Source of the DNA: a virus
Taxonomy: Duplodnaviria; Caudoviricetes
Virus record (IMG/VR): IMGVR_UViG_3300012662_000009
Span: 94,647-158,646 of that record
DNA length: 64,000 nucleotides
Direction: 5' to 3' (one strand)
The notes under the pieces are model-generated. The model was given only the letters and a program-made list of their open reading frames with translations, searched no databases and was not told the origin of the DNA. Below, one piece after another: positions 48,303-58,460 of this stretch (positions within the stretch are counted from its first letter, which is position 1; every line of letters begins with the position of its first letter). Position numbers and translations under genes: made by a program.

Positions 48303-49862
48303 ATGACTCACCCAGATTCCTATAAAAATATTATAACAGGACGTTTATCTTTGGATAATTGGCTTATAAGATATTATAGTGAATTTTACCAATTTTTAAA
48401 AGACCATTATGTAGATTGCACTACAAAAGAAGCATTATATATGTTTTATAATAATATAGAAGAGAAACCTTTATGCAAAGCTTGTGGTAAACCTGTTAAT
48501 TTTCATGGGTATGTTAAGGGATTTGGAGAGTTTTGTTCAAGTAAATGCGCGCAAAATGATAAAGAAGTTCGTGAAAAATATAAAAAATCTAATATACAAA
48601 AATATGGGGATAATTATACTGAGCAATTTATTAAAAAAGGCAAACAAACATGTCTCAAAAGATATGGAGTAGAAAACATAAGCAGTATCCCAGAATTTCG
48701 TGAAAAAGCTAAACAAACATGTCTTGAAAGATATGGAGTTAATAACCCAATGAAATCTAACACAATACAAGATAAATCGAAACAAACATGTCTTGAAAGA
48801 TATGGTAATGAATATTATTTCCGTTCAGAAGAGTATGATCGTAAAAGAAAAGAATGTTTAGAAAAATCACGAAAGACATGTCTTGAGAAATATGGCCATG
48901 AATATGCTATTCAATCAGAGGATACAAAGAAAAAATTAAGAGGGACATGTCTTGAAAGATATGGTGTAGAGTATATGTGTTTATCACAAAAAGCTCATAA
49001 TTCAAGAAATTCTCAAAGTAAACCAAATGAAAATTTTAAAGATTTATTAATTGAAAATAATATAAAATATGAAAAAGAAAAATACTTATGCGGAAAGTCT
49101 TTTGATTTTTTAGTTAACAATACTTTAATTGAGATCAATCCATATCCTACACATAATATTAATTGGAATCCATTTGGAGGAAAAATGATAGGAAAAACAT
49201 ATCATTATGATAAGACTAAATTGGCGCGGGATAATAATTATAGGATAATTAATATATGGGATTGGGATGATAAATCTAAAATAGCAAAATCTTTAATTAA
49301 AAAGAATAAATTATACGCCAGAAATTGTACCATTAAACGTATAAATAAGAAAATTTTAGATGAATTTCTAAATCAATATCATTTTCAGAATACATGTAGA
49401 AATCAAAGCGTTAGATTAGGATTGTATTATAATAATGAATTGATTCAAGTAATGTCTTTTGGCAAACCAAGATATAATAAAAAATTCGAATATGAATTAA
49501 TTAGGCTTTGTACAAAGTTTGAATATATAATTATTGGGGGTGCAGAAAAGTTATTTAATTATTTTATAAAAGAATCTAATCCTCAATCCATTATATCTTA
49601 TTGTGATAATTCCAAATTTTCAGGTAATGTGTATAATAAATTAGGATTTAAACTAATATCAAGAGGAAATCCTTCAAGGCATTGGTATAATAGCAAAACA
49701 AAAACCCATATAACAGATAATTTATTATTAAAAAAAGGATTTGATAATATATTTCATACAAATTATGGTAAGGGAAGTTCTAATGAAGAATTAATGAGAT
49801 CTTATGGATTTGTAGAAATTTATGATGCAGGACAAAGTACATACGCTTGGTACTCAAATTAA
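48303..49862 (+). CDS. Free-standing endonuclease-like protein: zinc finger, KQTCLERYG repeats, PD-(D/E)xK-like and GNAT-like domains
   Basis: CKACG...FCSSKC; five to six (K/R)xTCLE(R/K)YG-type repeats; FDF...IEIN; YELIRLC...GGAEKLF...SYCD. Confidence 0.65.
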   Translation: MTHPDSYKNIITGRLSLDNWLIRYYSEFYQFLKDHYVDCTTKEALYMFYNNIEEKPLCKACGKPVNFHGYVKGFGEFCSSKCAQNDKEVREKYKKSNIQKYGDNYTEQFIKKGKQTCLKRYGVENISSIPEFREKAKQTCLERYGVNNPMKSNTIQDKSKQTCLERYGNEYYFRSEEYDRKRKECLEKSRKTCLEKYGHEYAIQSEDTKKKLRGTCLERYGVEYMCLSQKAHNSRNSQSKPNENFKDLLIENNIKYEKEKYLCGKSFDFLVNNTLIEINPYPTHNINWNPFGGKMIGKTYHYDKTKLARDNNYRIINIWDWDDKSKIAKSLIKKNKLYARNCTIKRINKKILDEFLNQYHFQNTCRNQSVRLGLYYNNELIQVMSFGKPRYNKKFEYELIRLCTKFEYIIIGGAEKLFNYFIKESNPQSIISYCDNSKFSGNVYNKLGFKLISRGNPSRHWYNSKTKTHITDNLLLKKGFDNIFHTNYGKGSSNEELMRSYGFVEIYDAGQSTYAWYSN

Positions 49863-49872
49863 TATTTAAATC

Positions 49873-51699
49873 ATGAAAAAGAAAAAAGAAGTTTTTAATC
49901 CGGTTAAAGAAGACGACTCTGGTAAGATCGCTAAAAGAATGATTTGGTCCACCGAATCCCTTAACCTTGCCATTAAAGGTCTTGAAGAAGGTAAAAAACT
50001 CAAAGCAAATCCTTTTTATGAAAATAATACAAGACTATTAAAGGGAGATCTTGTATTTGAAAGGACTGAAGAAGAAATAGAAGAATGGAAGAAATGCAAA
50101 GATGATATATTATATTTTGCTGAAAAGTATTGTAAATTAATGACCCCAGAAGGTATTCAGCATATACACTTAAGAGATTATCAAAAGAAGTATTTAAGAC
50201 ATCTTGAAAAGAATCGTTTAAGTATTTATTTAGCATGTAGGCAATGCTCAAAAACAACTATGTCTGCATTATTTATGCTGCATTATATTTGTTTTAATTT
50301 CGATAAAAATGCTCTGGTGCTCGGCAATAAACGCAGAACCTCAATCGAAATCTTAGATAAAACGAGAAAAGTGTTCATTGAGCTCCCTTTCTTTTTACGA
50401 CCAGGAATATATAAATGGAATGAAGGTGAAATTGTTTTGGATAATGGATGCAGAATCATGGCGGAAGCAACTACCATAAACTCAGGTATATCTTATACAT
50501 TCCATTGTATTCTTGCCGATGAGTTTGCTCATATTCCTCCGAATATTATAGATAAATTTTATAATAACATTTTCCCTACGATTACAGCATCTCGAGCAAG
50601 ATTTATGATAACATCTACTCAGAACGGATACAATTTATTTTATAAGATATGGCAAGCGGCTATTAATAGAGAGTCTGAGTATGCACCATTTAAAACCGAT
50701 TGGTGGGAGGTACCTGAATGGAATCCTGAAAAGAAATGTTGGGAGAAACGTGATGAGGCTTGGCATCAGATGCAAGTAGCTAATTATGGTTCTGAAGAAG
50801 CATTTAATTCACAATTCGGCACTAATTTCGATGTATCTGCTAATACACTTATAGCTCAGAAAGTACTTATAAAGAAAAGAAAAGAAACGGAGAGGTTTGT
50901 TAATAAAGATTTAGCAGGAGTTCCGTGTTCAGAGTATTTCTTTTGGAAACCTTCGTATGAACCTATGGATGAACTTAAAAAGGATTATATAATAGTTACT
51001 TGTGATATATCTGAAGGGATTGGAAGGGATTATACTGTTTTTATGATAAATCGTATATTAAATTCTACTACGAACGAAACAGAATGTATAGGGTATTTTA
51101 GATCTAATAAAACAGAACGAAATCAAAGCGCTCTTGCATTGCAATTGTTATGTTCCTATTATATGAACTCTAATCAATATATAGTATCTTTTGAATGGAA
51201 TACTTATGGAGAATTGTTCTTATCTTATTTATATGATAATATGGATAATAATCAAGAAATTATGAGGGGATTTGACCCATCTAATATAGTGAAGTATTAT
51301 AATGAATCTGGCTCAAGATACTTAAATGGCATTAAGATAACTTCTGGTAATAAAACAACAGCTTGTCTAATGTTTAAAGAAGATTATGAAAAAGGAGTTA
51401 TAAAGAATGATTCAGATGCTTTTATGTTTGAACTCGAAAAATTCTGTAATGATGGGACAAATCATTTTAAGGCTTCTTATGGACATGATGATATGGTTAT
51501 GTCACAGATTCAATTAAATTTTGTAAAGAAAACTCTGCAATATAAGATTTTAAGAGATCAATTTGACGAAAGATTAGAGATTAAAAGTAATATATATAAT
51601 CCGTTTGAAAATCCTCATAATAATTTTATGATTTCTGATTATTTTAATATTAATAGTACTGAAGAAAATCCTAATAAAAAAAGACTGAATATCTTTTAA
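49873..51699 (+). CDS. terL: Terminase large subunit (T4 gp17-like)
   Basis: LRDYQ, RQCSKTT Walker A, LADEFAH Walker B, ITSTQNG, DISEG...DY, HDDMVM. Confidence 0.92.
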   Translation: MKKKKEVFNPVKEDDSGKIAKRMIWSTESLNLAIKGLEEGKKLKANPFYENNTRLLKGDLVFERTEEEIEEWKKCKDDILYFAEKYCKLMTPEGIQHIHLRDYQKKYLRHLEKNRLSIYLACRQCSKTTMSALFMLHYICFNFDKNALVLGNKRRTSIEILDKTRKVFIELPFFLRPGIYKWNEGEIVLDNGCRIMAEATTINSGISYTFHCILADEFAHIPPNIIDKFYNNIFPTITASRARFMITSTQNGYNLFYKIWQAAINRESEYAPFKTDWWEVPEWNPEKKCWEKRDEAWHQMQVANYGSEEAFNSQFGTNFDVSANTLIAQKVLIKKRKETERFVNKDLAGVPCSEYFFWKPSYEPMDELKKDYIIVTCDISEGIGRDYTVFMINRILNSTTNETECIGYFRSNKTERNQSALALQLLCSYYMNSNQYIVSFEWNTYGELFLSYLYDNMDNNQEIMRGFDPSNIVKYYNESGSRYLNGIKITSGNKTTACLMFKEDYEKGVIKNDSDAFMFELEKFCNDGTNHFKASYGHDDMVMSQIQLNFVKKTLQYKILRDQFDERLEIKSNIYNPFENPHNNFMISDYFNINSTEENPNKKRLNIF

Positions 51700-52418
51700 T
51701 GGCAATAATAAAGAAAAATAGTGCGAAGTATAAAGAAGAACAGGAAAAACTACATAAAAAACCTGATTCTAAATTTAATATGCTTAAAGCTATTAAAGAA
51801 GATGCTGTATATAAAACTAATGTGGTTAAACGAGATAAGACCGTTAGAAATTTTATAACAAGGCATTTTGATGTTAATATGAACTGGAAAAAATATATAG
51901 TACCAGGACAACTCATAATGTTTGATTATTTTCAACCTAAATATAAAGAAGAACTTGAGTATTATGATGCTATGCCTTGCACTATATTCTTCGGTGTTAG
52001 GAAGACTGATCATGGGTTTCGTGTCTTGGGGTTTAATATGCATTATTATCCCCCTGCTATTAGATATGCCCTTATGGATAAGATATTTAGTATATTTAAG
52101 GGATTTTATATGAAACACTGGGATACTAAAATGACTGTTGCTAATCCTAATTTTGATTATAGATATATTATATATCAATTACAAAAAGCAAAGCTTGATA
52201 TAGGTATTAGAGAGTATATTCCTGAATTAATGAGAAATATCAGGCCTTTGACAACTAATGTTTGGTCTCGGGTAGTTTTTACTGAGGGGAGATTTTTTAA
52301 GAAAACTCGCGAAGCCATATTAAATTACTGGAAGCAGAAGAAGATCGATCCTGAGTATATAAAGAAAATCACTAACGCTGCTCTTCAAGTACAGAAAAAG
52401 AAATCTAAGAAGAAATGA
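51699..52418 (+). CDS. T4 gp2-like DNA end protector
   Basis: PGQLIMFDY.PK...YYDAMP...LGFNMHYYPP.IR. Confidence 0.7.
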   Translation: MAIIKKNSAKYKEEQEKLHKKPDSKFNMLKAIKEDAVYKTNVVKRDKTVRNFITRHFDVNMNWKKYIVPGQLIMFDYFQPKYKEELEYYDAMPCTIFFGVRKTDHGFRVLGFNMHYYPPAIRYALMDKIFSIFKGFYMKHWDTKMTVANPNFDYRYIIYQLQKAKLDIGIREYIPELMRNIRPLTTNVWSRVVFTEGRFFKKTREAILNYWKQKKIDPEYIKKITNAALQVQKKKSKKK

Positions 52419-53229
52419 TACCTTTATATAATTATATAAATAATAATAACATAACCATAGATGGGCATGTTCATCTCTTTTCACATAGAGGTAGCTTAAA
52501 GGACCTTTATAAATACGGATGTGATTCTTGTATAGGATTTATAGACATTGAATTAGATTCTTTAAAAGAATATAAAGATATTCCTGTTTATATAAAAAGT
52601 TTATAGAAGACCGCCCTGAGTTCTTTGAAAATCCTAATAATAAACTTTTGGCAACATCATTGAATATAGAAGATATTAAAAAGATTTATAATCAAAATCC
52701 TGACAAAATCTCAGGTTTTGGCGAGTTAAAACTTTATGATACTTCCCGTGGAGAAAAAATAAATCTCAAGAAAATATCTTTTGCTAAGGATGTTTGTAAA
52801 TTTTCTGAGAGTGTGGGCAACTTACCCGTTTATATACATTTTAATATTAAAAACAAAAGTGACGTAGAAAGATTTAATAATCTTTTAAGTAATTACCCAT
52901 ATACACCTATAATCTTATGTCATGCAGGTATGACTCAAAGTTACGAAGAATATGCTTGGTCACATGTAAGGGAATTTATGAAGGATTATAATAATCTTTA
53001 TATAGATCTTTCATGGGTGAGTTTAGCATATTTTGGTAAGAACCCTATACAACTCACTCAAGGAGATATTAATAAAATGTTTTATGGGTCCGATATAAGC
53101 CCTAAGCAACAGATCTTTTTGAAAAACAATAAAGTAACTTATACTGAATCTGATATATTAAAATGGAAAGATTCTATTAATAATTTTATAAGGTCCGATA
53201 TAAATATTAAAAAACTTTTTCGCGGATGA
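52415..53229 (+). pseudogene. Amidohydrolase-family protein split by a 1-nt frameshift near 52586
   Basis: IDGHVH in the first ORF; GFGELK, PVYIH, ILCHAG, YIDLS, FYGSD in the second; the -1 frame is open across the gap. Confidence 0.7.
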
Positions 53230-54371
53230 AAACTTTTAATGAATATATAACAACATCTCCTTATCTATTATCTCAGGAAGATAAAGATAAATTATTGAAA
53301 TTGGACAAGTTATATTATGAGTTTATAATGAAATGCAAAGAATCTTATGATGCACATATTATAGTCAATTTAGATGAACAATGGGAGCTCTTTAATAAAC
53401 ACCTCAAAACAAGTATTAAATACAATCCTATATTTAAACTCCAACCTAACACCTTAACAGACTATCATATACAACTTGGTGAGACTTTATTAAAAGAATT
53501 TAGGAATTTTAGATGTTTCTTATCTGAATATTATATACAACTTATAACGGACCAATTGGATATTATAAAATATTTTATGGGTCTTGAATCGGCCCCATAT
53601 TATATGTCTCGAAAAAGTCTTCTGCCATCTTTAGAAAATTATCAGAAAGCACTTGAAGTTATTAAAAACACTAAATTTGATGAATCCTTAACTACTGATA
53701 GGAATATCCCTGGGGATAAAGTTGCTAAGATCATACAGAATTATATAGATTCTAAAGAATATCACTGGATCGTTAAATTAAACGATGAATTACTTCCCAG
53801 GATGTCTGTTAGACCTAATAAAACCATGTATGTCAAGACACAATCTAAGTTCTCTAAAGAAGATATAGAAGGTCTTAAAAGGCATGAAGTAGATGGGCAT
53901 ATAGGAAGAAGGTATTATGGACTTAAAACCGGGTTATATTTATTCCTATTTGGCTTGCCTGGCAGAAATACATTAGACGAAGGCTTGGCTGTATATAATT
54001 CATTGCATAAAGTCAAGAAAGTCAAACCCAATGTAATGTTTAATATAGCCATTAAAACAGTTGTGTCTTACCAACTCAATAAAATGGATTTCTGGGATCT
54101 TTTCAAATATGTCAAAGAACTTGCTCCCGAATTTCCTGATAAAAAGGTATTTACGATGCTTGCAAGATTTAAAAGAGAAGTAGGAGATGGGTCTATGTTG
54201 GGAGGATGTACTGATGATTTATCATATTTCTGTGGATATCGAATAGTTAAGGACATGACAGATCAACAAAGAGATGATATATTAAAATATAATATAGGGC
54301 CGGGACAGATAAAAGATCTTCCAAAGATTAAAGAGTTCTTAAAAGTCAATAAATTCAAATCACTTATATAA
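53226..54371 (+). CDS. DUF1704 / MATCAP-like (QEGLA-motif) metallopeptidase
   Basis: HEVDGH (HExxxH) and DEGLA; N-terminus MKTFNEYIT. Confidence 0.75.
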   Translation: MKTFNEYITTSPYLLSQEDKDKLLKLDKLYYEFIMKCKESYDAHIIVNLDEQWELFNKHLKTSIKYNPIFKLQPNTLTDYHIQLGETLLKEFRNFRCFLSEYYIQLITDQLDIIKYFMGLESAPYYMSRKSLLPSLENYQKALEVIKNTKFDESLTTDRNIPGDKVAKIIQNYIDSKEYHWIVKLNDELLPRMSVRPNKTMYVKTQSKFSKEDIEGLKRHEVDGHIGRRYYGLKTGLYLFLFGLPGRNTLDEGLAVYNSLHKVKKVKPNVMFNIAIKTVVSYQLNKMDFWDLFKYVKELAPEFPDKKVFTMLARFKREVGDGSMLGGCTDDLSYFCGYRIVKDMTDQQRDDILKYNIGPGQIKDLPKIKEFLKVNKFKSLI

Positions 54372-54638
54372 AAAACAACCCAGGGAGCAATAAAGATCTT
54401 TCCTGGGTTTGTTATATATAATTAGAATGGAAATAGAATATTTTTACGGGACACTTATATGTTGTCTCATGGTTTTAATCATATCATTTTTAGATCATAA
54501 TGATAAAGGAAAGAAAATCTTATAAAAACATCAAAACGGGTGAGCTCATACATGTTGAGTTTGTCATAGGGGATTATGTAGTATATACGAAAGACTGGGA
54601 TGTATATAAAATACATATCAAAGAATTTGAAAAAACTT

Positions 54639-55418
54639 ATGAATTATACTGTAGAGCTCAATAATATATATATATTTGGAGATCTCCATGGAAGATTTGG
54701 AGATGTGATATTTAATATCAAAAAATATGATATTAAAGATTCTATATTAATATACTGTGGTGATATAGGAATAGGATTCCATAAGAAAGAATATTATGAC
54801 AATATCTTTAAAAAAATCAATAAGTTATGTCGCGAGAGAAATATATATATATTCTTTATAAGAGGCAATCATGATGATCCTTCATATTTTAATTCAGGTT
54901 TATATAAAACGGGAAGAGTTATTACAGTGCATGATTGGTCTGTAATTAAAACCATCAATCATAACATTCTTTGTGTTGGTGGTGCTATTTCGATTGATAG
55001 AACATATCGGAAAATGAGGATGAATGGAGACATGATCCTCAAAAATAGATATAATAGCTCTGATATTAGAAAAGAATATTGGGGAGATGAGGCGCCTTAT
55101 ATTGATAAAGATATTTTATATAACTTAAAAAATATTGATATAGTATGTACACATACATGTCCCAATTTCTGTTATCCTCATACTAAAGAAGGTATTATAA
55201 AATATCTTATAGGGGATCCTTTATTAGAGCAAGACATTGATAATGAAAGGAACATAATGACGAATATATATAATACTTTAAAAGAAAACAATAACCCCAT
55301 AAAATATTGGATATATGGTCATTACCATCAACATTATATTGAAATCATAGATAATATAAGATTTGTTTTATTAGATATGCATATGAGTAATGCTGTAGAT
55401 TTTTATAATATCCATTAA
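54639..55418 (+). CDS. Calcineurin-like metallophosphoesterase
   Basis: GDLHG, CGDIG, RGNHD, GGAISID, THTCP, GHYH. Confidence 0.88.
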   Translation: MNYTVELNNIYIFGDLHGRFGDVIFNIKKYDIKDSILIYCGDIGIGFHKKEYYDNIFKKINKLCRERNIYIFFIRGNHDDPSYFNSGLYKTGRVITVHDWSVIKTINHNILCVGGAISIDRTYRKMRMNGDMILKNRYNSSDIRKEYWGDEAPYIDKDILYNLKNIDIVCTHTCPNFCYPHTKEGIIKYLIGDPLLEQDIDNERNIMTNIYNTLKENNNPIKYWIYGHYHQHYIEIIDNIRFVLLDMHMSNAVDFYNIH

Positions 55419-55506
55419 ATTATTATGTAGTATTTGTTATATCAATATATAACGATATAAATCATACGGATATGTTTAAGTTATTCAAAAGAAAAAGATA
55501 ACTAAT

Positions 55507-55830
55507 ATGATAGCATTATTAATAATAGGGGGATTACTTGTAATTACAATTATTGTAAGTATATTCTACATTATTTCTGAAAATTATATATGTAAAAGAG
55601 ATAATATAAAACAAGAGCATATAGCACAGAATAACCCTAATTTTATCTATAGAATAGAATTTCGGTCTATATTAAATGAACATTATCCATTTCCAGGCAA
55701 AATATACATTGATGGAGATGTATCTGCCGTGAGAAAAAGAATAAGGAAACTAAGAAAATCTTACGGAGCCACTCTCAACTATGAGGTATATGAAGAACGA
55801 AACTTAACTAATTCTATTGATTGGGAATGA
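55507..55830 (+). CDS. Hypothetical protein with N-terminal TM segment
   Basis: Hydrophobic N-terminus. Confidence 0.45.
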   Translation: MIALLIIGGLLVITIIVSIFYIISENYICKRDNIKQEHIAQNNPNFIYRIEFRSILNEHYPFPGKIYIDGDVSAVRKRIRKLRKSYGATLNYEVYEERNLTNSIDWE

Positions 55831-56057
55831 AATACATAATACTTTATTTGACATTGGAAAATGGAGACCATATTCCAAATTATAATGTGGTATCGTCTAA
55901 AGAAGATATTGCTAAATTTATAGAGAAAGCTAAGAAAGATTATTTAGCTTGTAACTTTAGAATATTTGAACTTGGTTCTGAAATAACTGAAGAAGGCGTG
56001 TTTGAATTGTGCGATGATATTAGTAATGAATTTATAGAAACTAAAATTGAATGGTAA
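55821..56057 (+). CDS. Small hypothetical protein
   Basis: Part of an overlapping small-gene operon. Confidence 0.45.
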   Translation: MGMKYIILYLTLENGDHIPNYNVVSSKEDIAKFIEKAKKDYLACNFRIFELGSEITEEGVFELCDDISNEFIETKIEW

Positions 56058-56320
56058 TGACTATTGAAGAATATAACAAAACAAAGACTTCCCTTGATGA
56101 AGCAAAGAGATACATTGAGGTTATTACCCATTGTAAATCTTTAGAGGAATATAAAGATAAAAAGAAACTGGAAATTAGTATAAATGTAGGTGATGAAAAA
56201 GATTTTTATTCCTGGAGAGTTTGGACACTAAATAGCTATGATGAAGATCTTCTTCTTGATATTATGGGTGCTATTAAAAAGTATCAAGCGAGGCTAATTG
56301 ATAAGTTGGAAGGATTATAA
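56051..56320 (+). CDS. Small hypothetical protein
   Basis: Part of an overlapping small-gene operon. Confidence 0.45.
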   Translation: MVMTIEEYNKTKTSLDEAKRYIEVITHCKSLEEYKDKKKLEISINVGDEKDFYSWRVWTLNSYDEDLLLDIMGAIKKYQARLIDKLEGL

Positions 56321-56415
56321 TGAATTTAAAAGAATATTCCCATGCAAAGAAAGCAATGGAAAAACAAAAAAGTTCTTCACAAGACTAAATATAAATACCA
56401 TTAAAATATTAAAAA

Positions 56416-56631
56416 ATGAAATACAAAGCAAGACTCGAAAACAATTTGAAAGTAGATATCATGGAAGTCAATGGCAAAGACTTCTCATCATATCCTATTG
56501 AAACACAAAGAGATATGATTATTAAAATCATTCAAAATTGCTCAGAAGAAAATCTCAGATTGATTTGCCAAGATATTGTTCAAATTACCGGAAACATAGA
56601 GCCCTCGGATACTTTTAATTATAATGTATGA
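56416..56631 (+). CDS. Small hypothetical protein
   Basis: ATGA-coupled to the next gene. Confidence 0.4.
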   Translation: MKYKARLENNLKVDIMEVNGKDFSSYPIETQRDMIIKIIQNCSEENLRLICQDIVQITGNIEPSDTFNYNV

Positions 56632-56966
56632 AAATCTATATAAATAGAGATCATATAATATCTATAAAAGTATTTTTTGAGGCTTTAGAAAGCAATATTA
56701 AATATTATCCTCCTAAGAAACATTGGTATGGCATATCAAAGGAATATTGGGTATATCATTGTTGTTTAGGATACCAAAAAATATATGACTTACAAGATTA
56801 CGTCAATACCTTTAATGGATATTATACAATCCGTGGTAAAGAATTGTACAGTTTACCATATGTTGTCATAGAGACCTCTGGAAAGAATATAGAGAAGGTC
56901 TTTAAGACAAACGAAGAAGCCGAAGATTTTTGTAAAGACATTAAAGAAAAACTTATTGAAATATGA
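56628..56966 (+). CDS. Hypothetical protein
   Basis: ATGA-coupled to thyX. Confidence 0.5.
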   Translation: MKIYINRDHIISIKVFFEALESNIKYYPPKKHWYGISKEYWVYHCCLGYQKIYDLQDYVNTFNGYYTIRGKELYSLPYVVIETSGKNIEKVFKTNEEAEDFCKDIKEKLIEI

Positions 56967-57784
56967 AAATAATCAAGCAAAGCTACGAAATAATTAATCA
57001 AACAGATTTCAGCATAGAAGGCATAGAAAAATTCGTAGAAAAATGTGCTCGTGTATCTTATAAATCCGAAGATAAGATTACAGAAGATTCTTATAAACAA
57101 TTTGTACAAAACCTTATAAAAAATGATCATGGAAGACCCCTTGAATTGGGCACAGTATACTTAACAGTACCTATTGTATATGGGCATGAAACCAAACTTA
57201 CTAATAACGAAATGAAGATATTGAGGAATCCATATACAAAATACCTTTATGATGACAAATTATATATCACCACGAATTATAGAGTCATTATAGGAGATCA
57301 TATGGAAAGTCTTCTTAAGTATCTTTCAGAGCCTACTAAGCATTATAAACGTTATACAGTACATTTTATAATCAATAGGGGTGTCATGGATGAATTCCGT
57401 ACGCATGTCTCTCTCAGTCATTTAGCTGAAAGTACGCGTTTCTGTTCTTATAATAAAGATCGATTTGAGAATGAGGTAACCTTTATATTACCGCACTGGT
57501 GGGAAAAGAAAGATTGGAATAACAGAGAATTTTTCCTAAAATGCTGCCGTGAATCTGAAAAGAATTATTTTAGCATGCTCGAACAAGGATTTAAGGCGCA
57601 AGATGCCCGTGATGTCCTTCCACTGGATATTAAATCAGAGCTCATATCATGTGGATTCGGTGATGCCTGGGAGAATTTCTTTTATAGGCGCGCTGATAAA
57701 GTTGCACACCCTATGGCCCAGCAAATAGCTATACCTCTTCAAAAAGATTTTAAGGAAATACTTAAAGATTCCAGGGCGAATTAA
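56963..57784 (+). CDS. thyX: FAD-dependent thymidylate synthase
   Basis: ARVSYKSE, H.RPLE, EFRTH...ESTRFC, ARDVLP, AHP. Confidence 0.9.
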   Translation: MKIIKQSYEIINQTDFSIEGIEKFVEKCARVSYKSEDKITEDSYKQFVQNLIKNDHGRPLELGTVYLTVPIVYGHETKLTNNEMKILRNPYTKYLYDDKLYITTNYRVIIGDHMESLLKYLSEPTKHYKRYTVHFIINRGVMDEFRTHVSLSHLAESTRFCSYNKDRFENEVTFILPHWWEKKDWNNREFFLKCCRESEKNYFSMLEQGFKAQDARDVLPLDIKSELISCGFGDAWENFFYRRADKVAHPMAQQIAIPLQKDFKEILKDSRAN

Positions 57785-57808
57785 TATATAAATACATAAA
57801 GTCATAAT

Positions 57809-58216
57809 ATGAAAAAATTACTATTAATAATTTTGGGAATCTTTTGTTCCATTAGCCTATACTCTGCTGAGGTATATGAATTTAGAACAGTGGGATTTGC
57901 CTCAAAATTTTATAATGAACAATTACAATACTGGGAAGATTGGTCTGATGTACAACCCAGCAATATGAGGATGATTATTAATGACACTTATCATATAGTA
58001 ATTATATATTCTCCTCAGACTCAAATATATAAAATAACGGAACACGTAAATAATTTTTATGATTCCGATGGAGACTATAATATGATATATAAATTTATTG
58101 ATCAAGATGGTGATAGAGGTACTATGAAGCTTCTCATGAGAACCACAGGCCAAAGTGAATTATATATAATGTTTAATAATGTTAAATGGTGTTATATAGT
58201 AGAAAGAAAGTATTAA
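57809..58216 (+). CDS. Secreted hypothetical protein
   Basis: Signal peptide MKKLLLIILGIFCSISLYSA. Confidence 0.6.
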   Translation: MKKLLLIILGIFCSISLYSAEVYEFRTVGFASKFYNEQLQYWEDWSDVQPSNMRMIINDTYHIVIIYSPQTQIYKITEHVNNFYDSDGDYNMIYKFIDQDGDRGTMKLLMRTTGQSELYIMFNNVKWCYIVERKY

Positions 58217-58217
58217 T

Positions 58218-58439
58218 ATGGAAATGAAACAACGAATATCTATAAGTGATACCCTTAAAAATTACGATCCTGCAGCTAATGTTGGTGACTATATAGAAAT
58301 TGTAGAATGGGATAACAGTGAAGGATATGACATCTCAATATATGAAGAACCTGTTATGAAAACATTTAGTTTGACATATGGGGAAATAGAAGCAATGAAT
58401 TTTTTAATAAAGAATTTAGAATATAATAAAAGTTTTTAA
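58218..58439 (+). CDS. Small hypothetical protein
   Basis: YIEIVEWDNSEGYDISI. Confidence 0.5.
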   Translation: MEMKQRISISDTLKNYDPAANVGDYIEIVEWDNSEGYDISIYEEPVMKTFSLTYGEIEAMNFLIKNLEYNKSF

Positions 58440-58460
58440 CAAATTAATTTTCAAACAATT

